From Squalus acanthias (lineage: Eukaryota), in contig CM059431.1 in assembly GCA_030390025.1 (NCBI GenBank), forward strand, positions 140,804,001 through 140,868,000: DNA of 64,000 nt. The letters run 5' to 3'. Shown in pieces: positions 1-15,000 of this stretch (positions are counted from its first letter, which is position 1; every line of letters starts with the position of its first letter). A program made the translations under genes and the position numbers. The notes beneath the pieces were generated by a model. It had not been told where the DNA came from. It saw nothing but the letters and a program-made list of their open reading frames with translations, and ran no database searches.

Positions 1-3000
1 TCTGATCTCACTGGGCCCATCCTCCCCGGGTTACACATTGTCTGATCTCACTGGGTCCATCCTCTCCGGGTTGCACACTGTCTGATCTCACTGGGCCCAT
101 CCCCCCGGGGTTACACACTGTCTGATCTCACTGGGACCATCCTCCACGGATTACACACTGTCTGATCTCACTGGGCTCATGCTCCCAGGGTTACACACTG
201 TCTGATCACACTGTGCCCATCCTCCCCGGGTTACACACTGTCTGAATTCATTGTGCCCATCCCCCCCGGGTTACACACTTCTGATCTCACTGGGCCCATC
301 ATCCCCGGGTTACACACTGTCTCATCTCACTGGGCCCATCCTCCCCGGGTTACACACTGTCTGATCTCACTGGGCCCATCCTCCCCGGGTTATACACTGT
401 CTGATCTCGCTGGGTCCATCCTCCCCGGGTTACTCACTGTCTGATCTCACTGGGCCCCACCGCACCCCCCGGGTTACACACTGTCTGATCTCACTGGGCC
501 CATCCTCCCCGGGTAACACACTGTCTGATCACACTGGGCCCATCCTCCCCGGGTTACACACTGTCTTATCTCACTGGGCCCATCCTCCCGAAGTTACACA
601 GTGCCAGATCTCACTGGGCCCACAACCCACCCCCGGGGTTGCACACTGTCTGATCTCGCTGGGCCCATTCTCCCCGGGTTACACACTGTCTGATCTCACT
701 GGGCCCATCCTCCCCGAGTAACACACTGTCTGATCACACTGGGCCCATCCTCCCCGGGTTACACACTGTCTGATCTCACTGGGCCCATCATCCCCGTGTT
801 ACACATTGTCTGATCTCACTGGGCACATCATCCCCGGGTTACACACTGTCTGATCTCACTGGGTCCATCCTCTCCGGGTTACACACTGTCTGATCTCACT
901 GGGCCCATCCTCCCCGGGTAACACACTGTCTGATCACACTGGGCCCATCCTCCCCGGGTTACACACTGTCTGATCTCACTGGGCCCATCCTCCCCGGGTT
1001 ACACATTGTCTGATCTCACTGGGCACATCATCCCCGGATTACACACTGTCTGATCTCACTGGGTCCATCCTCTCCGGGTTGCACACTGTCTGATCTCTCT
1101 GGGCCCATCCCCCCTGGGTTACACACTGTCTGATCTCACTGGGACCATCCTCCACGGATTACACACTGTCTGATCTCACTGAGCTCATCCTCCCTGTGGT
1201 ACACACTGTCTGATCTCACTGGGCCCATCCTCCCCGGGTTATATACTGTCTGATCTCACTGCGCCCATCCTCCCCGTGTTACACACTTTTTGATCTCACT
1301 GGACCCATCCTCACAGGGTTATACACTGTCTGATCACACTGGGGCCATCCTCCCCGGGTTCCACACTGTCTGAAGTCACTGGGCCCCTCCTCCCCGGGTT
1401 ACACACTGTCTGATCTCACTCGGCCCATCCTCCCCGAATTAAACACTGTCTGATCTCACTGCTCCCATCCTCCCGGGTTACACACTGTCTTATCTCACTG
1501 GGCACATCCTCACAGGGTTACACACTGTCTGATCTCGCTGGTTCCATCCTCCCCGGGTTACACACTGTCTGAACTCACTGGGCCCATCCGCCCCGGGTTA
1601 CACACTGCCTGATCTCACTGGGCCCATCCTCCCGGGTTACACACTGTCAGATCTCACTGGGCCCATCTTCCCCGGGTTACACACTGTCTGATCTCACTGG
1701 GTCCATCCTGCCCGGGTTACACACTGTCTGATTTCACTGGGCCCATCCTCCCCGGGTTACACATTGTCTGATCTCACTGGGTCCATCCTCTCCGGGTTGC
1801 ACACTGTCTGATCTCACTGGGCCCATCCCCCGGGGTTACACACTGTCTGATCTCACTGCGCCCATCCTCCCCGTGTTACACACTGTCTGATCTCACTGGA
1901 CCCATCCTCACAGGGTTATACACTGTCTGATCACACTGGGGCCATCCTCCCCGGGTTCCACACTGTCTGAAGTCACTGGGCCCCTCCTCCCCGGGTTACA
2001 CACTGTCTGATCTCACTCGGCCCATCCTCCCCGAATTAAACACTGTCTGATCTCACTGCTCCCATCCTCCCGGGTTACACACTGTCTTATCTCACAGGGC
2101 ACATCCTCACAGGGTTACACACTGTCTGATCTCACTGGGCCCATCCTCCCGGGTTACACACTGTCAGATCTCACTGGGCCCATCTTCCCCGGGTTACACA
2201 CTGTCTGATCTCACTGGTTCCATCCTGCCCGGGTTACACACTGTCTGATCTCACTGGGCCCATCCTCCCCGGGTTACACATTGTCTGATCTCACTGGGTC
2301 CATCCTCTCTGGGTTGCACACTGTCTGATCTCACTGGGCCCATCCCCCCGGGGTTACACACTGTCTGATCTCACTGGGACCAACCTCCACGGATTACACA
2401 CTGTCTGATCTCACCGGGCTCATCCTCCCAGTGTTACACACTGTCTGATCTCACTGGACCCATCCTCCCTGTGGTACACACTGTCTGATCTTACTGGGCC
2501 CATCCCCCCCGGGTTAAACACTGTTGATCTCACTGGGCCCATCCTCCGCGGGTTACACATTGTCTCATCTCACTGGGCCCACCCTCCTCGGGTTACACAC
2601 TGTCAGATCTGACTGGGCCCATCCTCCCCAGGTTACACACTGTCTGATCTCACTGGGCACATCCTCCGCGGGTTACACACTGTCTGATCTCACTGGGCCC
2701 ATCCTCCCCGGGTTACACAAGGTCTGATCTCACTGGACACATCCCCCCTGGTGACACACTGTCTCATCTCACTGGGCCCATCTTCCCCGGATTACACACT
2801 GTCTGATCTCACTGGGCCCATCCTCCCCGGGTTACACACTGTCTGATCTCACTGGGCCCATCCTCCCCGGGTTACACACTGTCTGATCTCACTGGGCACA
2901 TCCTCTGCGGGTTACACACTCTCTGATCTCAATTTGCCCATCCTCCCCGGGTTACACACTGTCTGAATTCATTGGGCCCATCCCCCCCGGGTTACACACT

Positions 3001-6000
3001 TTTGATCTCACTGGGCCCATCATCCCCGGGTTACACACTGTCTCATCTCACTGGGCCCATCCTCCCCGGGTTACACACTGTCTGATCTCACTGGGCCCAT
3101 CCTCCCCGGGTTATACACTGTCTGATCTCACTGGGTCCATCCTCCCCGGGTTACTCACTGTCTGATCTCACTGGGCCCCACCGCACCCCCCGGGTTACAC
3201 ACTGTCTGATCTCACTGGGCCCATCCTCCCCGGTTACACACTGTCTGATCACACTGGGCCCATCCTCCCAGGTTACACACTGTCTTATCTCACTGGGCCC
3301 ATCCTCCCGAGTTACACAGTGTCAGATCTCACTGGGCCCATCCTCCCCCGGGTTGACACACTGTCTGATCTCACTGGGCCCATCTCCCCGGGTTACACAC
3401 TGTCTGATCTCACTGGGCCCATCCTCCCCGGGTAACACACTGTCTGATCTCACTGGGCCCATCCTCCCCGGGTTACACACTGTCTGATCTCACTGGGCCC
3501 ATCCTCCCCGGGTTACACACTGTCTGATCTCACTGGGCCCATCATCCCCGGGTTACACACTGTCTGATCTCACTGGGCCCATCCTCCCGGTTACACACTG
3601 TCTGATCTCACTGGGCCCATCCTCCCCGGGTTACACACTGTCTGATCTCACTGGGCCCATCCTCCCCGGTTACACACTGTCTGATCTCACTGGGCTCATC
3701 CTCCCGGGTTACACACTGTCTGATCTCACTGGGCCCATCCTCCCCGGTTACACACTGTCTGATCTCACTGGGCCCATCCTCCCGGGTTACACACTGTCTG
3801 ATCTCACTGGGCCCATCCTCCCCGGGTTACACACTGTCTGATCTCACTGGGCCCATCCTCCCCGGTTACACACTGTCTGATCTCACTGGGCCCATCCTCC
3901 CCGGGTTACACACTGTCTGATCTCACTGGGCCCATCCTCCCCGGGTTACACACTGTCTGATCTCACTGGGCCCATCCTCCCCGGGTTACACACTGTCTGA
4001 TCTCACTGGGCCCATCCTCCCGGGTTACACACTGTCTGATCTCACTGGGCCATCCTCCCGGGTTACACACTGTCTGATCTCACTGGGCTCATCCTCCCGG
4101 GTTACACACTGTCTGATCTCACTGGGCCCATCCTCCCCGGGTTACACACTGTCTGATCTCACTGGCCCATCCTCCCCGGTTACACACTGTCTGATCTCAC
4201 TGGGCCCATCCTCCCCGGGTTACACACTGTCTGATCTCACTGGGCCCATCCTCCCCGGGTTACACACTGTCTGATCTCACTGGGTCCATCCTCCCCGGGT
4301 TACACACTGTCTGATCTCACTGGGCCCATCCTCCCCGGGTTACACACTGTCTGATCTCACTGGGCCCATCCTCCCCGGGTTACACACTGTCTGATCTCAC
4401 TGGACCCATCCTCCCAGGGTTACACACTGTCTGATCTCACTGGGCCATCCTCCCCGGGTTACACACTGTCTGATCTCACTGGGCCCCTCCTCCCCGGTTA
4501 CACACTGTCTGATCTCACTGGCCCATCCTCCCCGGATTACACACTGTCTGATCTCACTGGCTCCATCCTCCCGGGTTACACACTGTCTGATCTCACTGGG
4601 CCCATCCTCCCAGGGTTACACACTGTCTGATCTCGCTGGTCCATCCTCCCGGGTTACACACTGTCTGAACTCACTGGACCCATCCGCCCCGGGTTGCACA
4701 CTGCCTGATCTCACTGGGCCCATCCTCCCGGGTTACACACTGTCAGATCTCACTGGGCCCATCTTCCCCCGGTTACACACTGTCTGATCTCACTGGTTCC
4801 ATCCTGCCCGGGTTACACACTGTCTGATCTCACTGGGCCCATCCTCTCCGGGTTGCACACTGTCTGATCTCACTGCGCCCATCCCCCCGGGGTTACACAC
4901 TGTCTGATCTCACTGGGACCATCCTCCACGGATTACACACTGTCTGATCTCACTGGGCTCATCCTCCCAGGGTTACACACTGTCTGATCTCACTGGGCCC
5001 ATCCGCCCTGTGGTACACACTGTCTGGTCTCACTGGGCCCATCCCCCCCGGGTTACACACTGTCTGATCTCACTGGGCCCATCCTCCCCGGGTTACACAC
5101 TGTCTCATCTCACTGGGCCCACCCTCCTCGGGTTACACACTGTCTGATCTCACTGAGCCCATCCTCCCCTGGTTACACACTGTCTGATCTGACTGGGCCC
5201 ATCCTCCCCAGGTTACACACTGTCTGATCTCACTGGGCACATCCTCCGCGGGTTACACACTGTCTGATCTCACTGGGCCCATCCTCCCCGGGTTACACAA
5301 GGTCTGATCTCACTGGGCACATCCCCCCTGGTGACACACTGTCTCATCTCACTGGGCCCATCTTCCCCGGATTACACACTGTCTGATCTCACTGGGCCCA
5401 TCCTCCCCGGGTTACACACTGTCTGATCTCACTGGGCCCATCCTCCCCGGGTTACACACTGTCTGATCTCACTGGGCACATCCTCCGCAGGTTACACACT
5501 CTCTGATCTCAATTTGCCCATCCTCCCCGGGTTACACACTGTTTGAATTCATTGGGCCCATCCCCCCCGGGTTACACACTTTTGATCTCACTGGGCCCAT
5601 CATCCCCGGGTTACGCACTGTCTCATCTCACTGGGCCCATCCTCCCCGGGTTACACACTGTCTGATCTCACTGGGCCCATCCTCCCCGGGTTATACACTG
5701 TCTGATCTCACTGGGTCCATCCTCCCCGGGTTACACACTGTCTGATCTCACTGGGCCCCACCGCACCCCCGGGTTACACACTGTCTGATCTCACTGGGCC
5801 CATCCTCCCCGGGTAACACACTGTCTGATCACACTGGGCCCATCCTCCCCGGGTTACACACTGTCTTATCTCACTGGGCCCATCCTCCCGAATTACACCG
5901 TGCAGATCTCACTGGGCCCAACCCACCCCCGGGTTGCACACTGTCTGATCTCGCTGGGCCCATTCTCCCCGGGTTACACACTGTCTGATCTCACTGGGCC

Positions 6001-9000
6001 CATCCTCCCCGGGTAACACACTGTCTGATCACACTGGGCCCATCCTCCCCGGGTTACACACTGTCTGATCTCACTGGGCCCATCCTCCCCGGGTTACACA
6101 CTGTCTGATCTCACTGGGCCCATCATCCCCGGGTTACACACTGTCTGATCTCACTGGGTCCATCCTCTCCGGGTTACACACTGTCTGATCTCACTGGGCC
6201 CATCCTCCCCGGGTTACACACTGTCTGATCTCACTGGGCCCATCCTCCCCGGGTTACACACTGTCTGATCTCACTGGGCCCATCCTCCCCTGGGTTACAC
6301 ACTGTCTGATCTCACTGGGCCCATCCTCCCCGGGTTACACACTGTCTGATCTCACTGGCCCATCCTCCCCGGGTTACACACTGTCTGATCTCACTGGGCC
6401 CATCCTCCCCGGGTTACACACTGTCTGATCTCACTGGACCCATCCTCCCCGGGTTACACACTGTCTGATCTCACTGGGCCCATCCTCCCCGGGTTACACA
6501 CTGTCTGATCTCACTGGGCCCATCCTCCCCGGTTACACACTGTCTGATCTCACTGGGCCCATCCTCCCGGGTTACACACTGTCTGATCTCACTGGCCCAT
6601 CCTCCCGGGTTACACATTGTCTGATCACACTGGGCCCATCCTCCCCGGGTTACACACTGTCTGATCTCACTTGTCCCATCCTCCCCGGGTTACACACTGT
6701 CTGATCTCACTGGGCCCATCCTCCCCGAATTACACACTGTCTGATCTCACTGCGCCCATCCTCCCCGTGTTACACACTTTTTGATCTCACTGGACCCATC
6801 CTCACAGGGTTATACACTGTCTGATCACACTGGGGCCATCCTCCCGGGTTCCACACTGTCTGAAGTCACTGGGCCCCTCCTCCCCGGGTTACACACTGTC
6901 TGATCTCACTCGGCCCATCCTCCCCGAATTAAACACTGTCTGATCTCACTGCTCCCATCCTCCCGGGTTACACACTGTCTTATCTCACTGTGCACATCCT
7001 CACAGGGTTACACACTGTCTGATCTCGCTGGTTCCATCCTCCCCGGGTTACACATTGTCTGAACTCACTGGGCCCATCCGCCCCGGGTTACACACTGCCT
7101 GATCTCACTGGGCCCATCCTCCCGGGTTACACACTGTCTGATCTCACTGGGCCCATCCTCCCCGGGTTACACACTTTCTGATCTCACTGGGCCATCCTCC
7201 CCGGGTTACACACTGTCTGATCTCACTGGGCCCATCCTCCCCGGGTTACACACTGTCTGATCTCACTGGGCCCATCCTCCCCGGGTTACACACTGTCTGA
7301 TCTCACTGGGCCCATCCTCCCCGGGTTACACACTGTCTGATCTCACTGGCCCATCCTCCCCGGGTTACACACTGTCTGATCTCACTGGGCCATCCTCCCC
7401 GGGTTACACACTGTCTGATCTCACTGGGCCCATCCTCCCCGGGTTACACACTGTCTGATCTCACTGGGCCCATCCTCCCCGGGTTACACACTGTCTGATC
7501 TCACTGGCCCATCCTCCCCGGGTTACACACTGTCTGATCTCACTGGGCCCATCCTCCCCGGGTTACACACTGTCTGATCTCACTGGGCCCATCCTCCCCG
7601 GGTTACACACTGTCTGATCTCACTGGGCCCATCCTCCCCGGGTTACACACTGTCTGATCTCACTGGGCCCATCCTCCCGGGTTACACACTGTCTGATCTC
7701 ACTGGGCCCATCTCCCCGGGTTACACACTGTCTGATCTCACTGGTCCATCCTGCCCGGGTTACACACTGTCTGATCTCACTGGGCCCATCCTCCCCGGGT
7801 TGCACACTGTCTGATCTCACTGGGCCCATCCTCCCCGGGTTACACACTGTCTGATCTCACTGGGCCATCCTCCCCGGGTTACACACTGTCTGATCTCACT
7901 GGGCCCATCCTCCCTGGGTACACACTGTCTGATCTCACTGGGCCCATCCCCCCGGGTTAAACACTGTTGATCTCACTGGGCCCATCCTCCCCGGGTTACA
8001 CACTGTCTGATCTCACTGGGCCCATCCTCCCCGGGTTACACACTGTCTGATCTCACTGGGCCCATCCTCCGCGGGTTACACACTGTCTGATCTCACTGTG
8101 CCCATCCTCCCCGGGTTACACACTGTCTGATCTCACTGGGCCCATCCACCCCGGGTTACACACTTTCTGATCTCACTGGGCCCATCCTCCCCGGGTTACA
8201 CACTGTCTGATCTCACTGGGCCCATCCTCCCCGGGTTACACACTGTCTGATCTCACTGGGCCCATCCTCCCCGGGTTATACACTGTCTGATCTCACTGGG
8301 TCCATCCTCCCCGGGTTACACACTGTCTGATCTCACTGGGCCCATCCTCCCCCGGGTTACACACTGTCTGATCTCACTGGGCCCATCCTCCCCGGGTTAC
8401 ACACTGTCTGATCACACTGGGCCCATCCTCCCCGGGTTACACACTGTCTTATCTCACTGGGCCCATCCTCCCGAACTTACACAGTGCCAGATCTCACTGG
8501 GCCCATCCACCCCGGGGTTACACACTGTCTGATCTCAGCTGGGCCCATCCTCCCCGGGTTACACACTGTCTGATCTCACTGGGCCCATCCTCCCCGGGTA
8601 ACACACTGTCTGATCACACTGGGCCCATCCTCCCCGGGTTACACACTGTCTGATCTCACTGGGCCCATCCTCCCCGGGTTACACATTGTCTGATCTCACT
8701 GGGCACATCATCCCCGGGTTACACACTGTCTGATCTCACTGGGTCCATCCTCTCCGGGTTGCACACTGTCTGATCTCCCTGGGCCCATCCCCCCGGGGTT
8801 ACACACTGTCTGATCTCACTGGGACCATCCTCCACGGATTACACACTGTCTGATCTCACTGGGCCCATCCTCCCTGTGGTACACACTGTCTGATCTCACT
8901 GGGCCCATCCTCCCCGGGTTATATACTGTCTGATCTCAGTTGCCCCTCCTCCCCAGGTTACACACTGTCTGATCTCACTGGGCCCACCCTCCCCGGGTTA

Positions 9001-12000
9001 CACACTGTCTGATCTCACTGGGCCCATCCTCCCCGGGTTACACACTGTCTGATCTCACTGGGCCCATCCTCCCCGGGTTACACACTGTCTGATCTCACTG
9101 GGCCCATCCTCCCCGGGTTACACACTGTCTGATCTCACTGGGCCCATCCTCCCCGGGTTACACACTGTCTGATCTCACTGGGCCCATCCTCCCCGGGTTA
9201 CACACTGTCTGATCTCACTGGGCCCATCCTCCCCGGGTTACACACTGTCTGATCTCACTGGGCCCATCCTCCCCGGGTTACACACTGTCTGATCTCACTG
9301 GGCCCATCCTCCCCGGGTTACACACTGTCTGATCTCACTGGGCCCATCCTCCCCGGGTTACACACTGTCTGATCTCACTGGGCCCATCCTCCCCGGGTTA
9401 CACACTGTCTGATCTCACTGGGCCCATCCTCCCCGGGTTACACACTGTCTGAAGTCACTGGGCCCCTCCTCCCCGGGTTACACACTGTCTGATCTCACAC
9501 GGCCCATCCTCCCCGAATTAAACACTTTCTGATCTCACTGCTCCCATCCTCCCGGGTTACACACTGTCTTATCTCACTGGGCACATCCTCACAGGGTTAC
9601 ACACTGTCTGATCTCGCTGGTTCCATCCTCCCCGGGTTACACACTGTCTGAACTCACTGGGCCCATCCGCCCCGGGTTACACACTGCCTGATCTCACTGG
9701 GCCCATCCTCCCGGGTTACACTCTGTCAGATCTCACTGATCCCATCTTCCCCGGGTTACACACTGTCTGATCTCACTGGGTCCATCCTGCCCGGGTTACA
9801 CACTGTCTGATCTCACTGGGCCCATCCTCCCCGGGTTACACATTGTCTGATCTCACTGGGTCCATCCTCTCCGGGTTGCACACTGTCTGATCTCACTGGG
9901 CCCATCCCCCCGGGGTTACACACTGTCTGATCTCACTGGGACCATCCTCCCCGGGTTACACACTGTCTGATCTCACTGGGCCCATCCTCCCCGGGTTACA
10001 CACTGTCTGATCTCACTGGGCCCATCCTCCCCGGGTTACACACTGTCTGATCTCACTGGGCCCATCCTCCCCGGGTTACACACTGTCTGATCTCACTGGG
10101 CCCATCCTCCCGGGTTACACACTGTCTGATCTCACTGGGCCCATCCTCCCCGGGTTACACACTGTCTGATCTCACTGGGCCCATCCTCCCCGGGTTACAC
10201 ACTGTCTGAACTCACTGGGCCCATCCTCCCCGGGTTACACACTGTCTGATCTCACTGGGCCCATCCTCCCCGGGTTACACACTGTCTGATCTCACTGGGC
10301 CCATCCTCCCCGGGTTACACACTGTCTGATCTCACTGGGCCATCCTCCCGGGTTACACACTGTCTGATCTCACTGGGCCCATCCTCCCCGGGTTACACAC
10401 TGTCTGATCTCACTGGGCCCATCCTCCCCGGGTTACACACTGTCTGATCTCACTGGGCCCATCCTCCCCGGGTTACACACTGTCTGATCTCACTGGGCCA
10501 TCCTCCCCGGGTTACACACTGTCTGATCTCACTGGGCCCATCCTCCCCGGGTTACACACTGTCTGATCTCACTGGGCCCATCCTCCCCGGGTTACACACT
10601 GTCTGATCTCACTGGGCCCATCCTCCCCGGGTTACACACTGTCTGATCTCACTGGCCCATCCTCCCCGGGTTACACACTGTCTGATCTCACTGGCCCATC
10701 CTCCCCGGGTTACACACTGTCTGATCTCACTGGGCCCATCCTCCCCGGGTTACACACTGTCTGATCTCACTGGGCCCATCCTCCCCGGGTTACACACTGT
10801 CTGATCTCACTGGGCCCATCCTCCCCGGGTTACACACTGTCTGATCTCACTGGGCCCATCCTCCCTGGGTTACACACTGTCTGATCTCACTGGGCCCATC
10901 CTCCCCGGGTTACACACTGTCTGATCTCACTGGGCCCATCCTCCCCGGGTTACACACTGTCTGATCTCACTGGGCCCATCCTCCCCGGGTTACACACTGT
11001 CTGATCTCACTGGGCCCATCCTCCCCGGGTTACACACTGTCTGATCTCACTGGGCCCATCCTCCCCGGGTTACACACTGTCTGATCTCACTGGGCCCATC
11101 CTCCCCGGGTTACACACTGTCTGATCTCACTGGGCCCATCCTCCCCGGGTTACACACTGTCTGATCTCACTGGGCCCATCCTCCCGGGTTACACACTGTC
11201 TGATCTCACTGGGCCCATCCTCCCCGGGTTACACACTGTCTGATCTCACTGGGCCCATCCTCCCCGGGTTACACACTGTCTGATCTCACTGGGCCCATCC
11301 TCCCCGGGTTACACACTGTCTGATCTCACTGGGCCCATCCTCCCCGGGTTACACACTGTCTGATCTCACTGGGCCCATCCTCCCCGGGTTACACACTGTC
11401 TGATCTCACTGGGCCCATCCTCCCCGGGTTACACACTGTCTGATCTCACTGGGCACATCCTCCCCGGGTTACACACTGTCTGATCTCACTGGGCCCATCC
11501 TCCCCGGGTTACACACTGTCTGATCTCACTGGGCCCATCCTCCCCGGGTTACACACTGTCTGATCTCACTGGGCCCATCCTCCCCGGTTACACACTGTCT
11601 GATCTCACTGGGCCCATCCTCCCCGGGTTACACACTGTCTGATCTCACTGGGCCCATCCTCCCCGGGTTACACACTGTCTGATCTCACTGGGCCCATCCT
11701 CCCCGGGTTACACACTGTCTGATCTCACTGGGCCCATCCTCCCCGGGTTACACACTGTCTGATCTCACTGGGCCCATCCTCCCGGGTTAAACACTGTCTG
11801 ATCTCACTGGGCCCATCCTCCCGAGGTTACACACTGTCTGATCTCACTGGGCCCATCCTCCCCGGGTTACACACTGTCTGATCTCACTGGACCCATCCTC
11901 CCCGGGTTACACACTGTCTGATCTCACTGGACCCATCCTCCCCGGGTTACACACTGTCTGATCTCACTGGGCCCATCCTCCACGGGTTACACACTGTCTG

Positions 12001-15000
12001 ATCTCACTGGGCCCATCCTCCCCGGATTACACACTGTCTGATCTCACTGCGCAAATCCTCCCCGGGTTACACACTGTCTGATCTCACTGGACCCATCCTC
12101 CCGGGTTACACACTGTCTGATCTCACTGGGCCCATCCTCCCCGGTTACACACTGTCTGATCTCACTGGGCCCATCCTCCCCGGGTTACACACTGTCTGAT
12201 CTCACTGGGCCCATCCTCCCCGGGTTACACACTGTCTGATCTCACTGGGCCCATCCTCCTCGGTTACACACTGTCTGATCTCACTGGGCCCATCCTCCCC
12301 GGGTTACACACTGTCTGATCTCACTGGACCCATCCTCCCAGGGTTACACACTGTCTGATCTCACTGGGCCATCCTCCCCGGGTTACACACTGTCTGATCT
12401 CACTGGGCCCATCCTCCCCGGGTTACACACTGTCTGATCTCACTGGGCCCATCCTCCCCGGGTTACACACTGTCTGATCTCACTGGGCCCATCCTCCCCG
12501 GGTTACACACTGTCTGATCTCACTGGGCCATCCTCCCCGGGTTACACACTGTCTGATCTCACTGGGCCCATCCTCCCCGGGTTACACACTGTCTGATCTC
12601 ACTGGGCCCATCCTCCCCGGGTTACACACTGTCTGATCTCACTGGGCCCATCCTCCCCGGGTTACACACTGTCTGATCTCACTGGGCCCATCCTCCCGGG
12701 TTACACACTGTCTGATCTCACTGGGCCCATCCTCCCCGGGTTACACACTGTCTGATCTCACTGGGCCCATCCTCCCCGGGTTACACACTGTCTGATCTCA
12801 CTGGGCCCATCCTCCCCGGGTTACACACTGTCTGATCTCACTGGGCCCATCCTCCCCGGGTTACACACTGTCTGATCTCACTGGGCCCATCCTCCCCGGG
12901 TTACACACTGTCTGATCTCACTGGGCCCATCCTCCCCGGGTTACACACTGTCTGATCTCACTGGGCCCATCCTCCCCGGGTTACACACTGTCTGATCTCA
13001 CTGGGCCCATCCTCCCCGGGTTACACACTGTCTGATCTCACTGGGCCATCCTCCCCGGGTTACACACTGTCTGATCTCACTGGGCCCATCCTCCCGGGTT
13101 ACACACTGTCTGATCTCACTGGGCCCATCCTCCCGGGTTACACACTGTCTGATCTCACTGGGCCCATCCTCCCGGGTTACACACTGTCTGATAACACTGC
13201 GCCCATCCTCCCCGGGTTACACACTGTCTGATCTCACTGGGCCCATCCTCCCCGGGTTACACACTGTCTGATCTCACTGGGCCCATCCTCCCCGGGTTAC
13301 ACACTGTCTGATCTCACTGGGCCCATCCTCCCGGGTTACACACTGTCTGATCTCACTGGGCCCATCCTCCCCGGGTTACACACTGTCTGATCTCACTGGG
13401 ACCATCCCCCCCGGGTTACACACTGTCTGATCTCACTGGCACATCCTCCCCAGGTTACACACTGTCTGATCTCACTGGGCCCAACCCCACGCCGCCCCCC
13501 GCGTTACACACTGTCTGATCTCACTGGGCACATCCTCCCCGGGATACACACTGTCTGATCTCACTGGGTCTATCCTCCCCGGGTTACACACTGTCTGATC
13601 TCACTGGGCCCATCCTCACCGGTTACACACTGTCTGATCTCACTGGGCCCATCCTCCCCGGGTTACACACTATTTGATCACACTGGGCCCATCCTCCCCT
13701 GGTTACACACTGTCTGATCTCACTGGGCCCATCCTCCCCCGGTTACACTCTGAGTGATCTCACTGGGCCCATCCTCCCCGGGTTACACACTGTCTGATCT
13801 CACTGGTCCCATCCACCCCGGGTTATACACTGTCTGATCTCACTGGGCCCATCCTCCCCCGGTTACACTCTGAGTGATCTCACTGGGCCCATCCTCCCCG
13901 GGTTACACACTGTCTGATCTCACTGCTCCCATCCACCCCGGGTTACCCACTGTCTAATCTCACTGCCCCCCACCTCCCGGGGTTACACACTGTCTGATCT
14001 CACTGGTCCCATCCACCCCGGGTTACCCACTGTCTAATCTCACTGCCCCCCACCTCCCCGGTTACATAATGTCTGATCTCACTGGGCACATCCTCCCCGG
14101 TTTACACAATGTCTGATATCACTGGGCCCACCCTTCCCCCCGGGTTACACACTGTCTGATCTCACTGGGTCCATCCTCCCTGGGTTACACAATGTCTGAT
14201 CTCACTGGACCCATCTTCCCCGGGTTATACAATGTCTGATCTCACTGGGTCGACCCACAGCCCCGGGTTACACACTGCCTGATCTCACTGCCCGCCACCT
14301 CCCCGGGTTACACAATGTCTGATCTCACTGGGCCCATCCTCCCCGGGTGAGACACTGTCTGATCGCACTGGGCCCATCCTGCCCGCGTTACATACTGTCT
14401 GATCTCACTGGGCACATCCTCCCCGGGTTACACACTGTCTGGTCTGACTGGGCCCATCCTCCCCCGGTTGCACACTGTCTGATCTCACTGCCCCCGACCT
14501 CCCGCGGTTACACACTGACTGATCTCACTGGGCCCATCCTCCTCGGGTTACACAATGTCTGATCTCACTGGGCCCATCCTCCCCGGGATACACACTGTCT
14601 GATCTCACTGGGCCCATCCTCCCCGGATTACACACTGTCTGATCTCACTGGGCCCATCCTCCCCGGGTTACACACTGTCTGATCTCACTGGGCCCATCCT
14701 CCCCGGATAACACACTGTCTGATCTCACTGTGCACATCCATCCCGGGTTACACATTGTCTTATCTCACTGGGCCCACCCTCCCCCCCGGGTTACACACTG
14801 TCTGATCTCACTGGGTCCATCCTCCCTGGGTTACACAATGTCTGATCTCACTGGACCCATCTTCCCCGGGTTATACAATGTCTGATCTCACTGGGTCCAC
14901 CCACACCCCCGGGTTACACGCTGTCGGATCTCACTGCCCCCCATCTCCCGGGGTTACACACTTACTGATCTCACTGGGCCCATCCTCCCCGGTTTAGACA

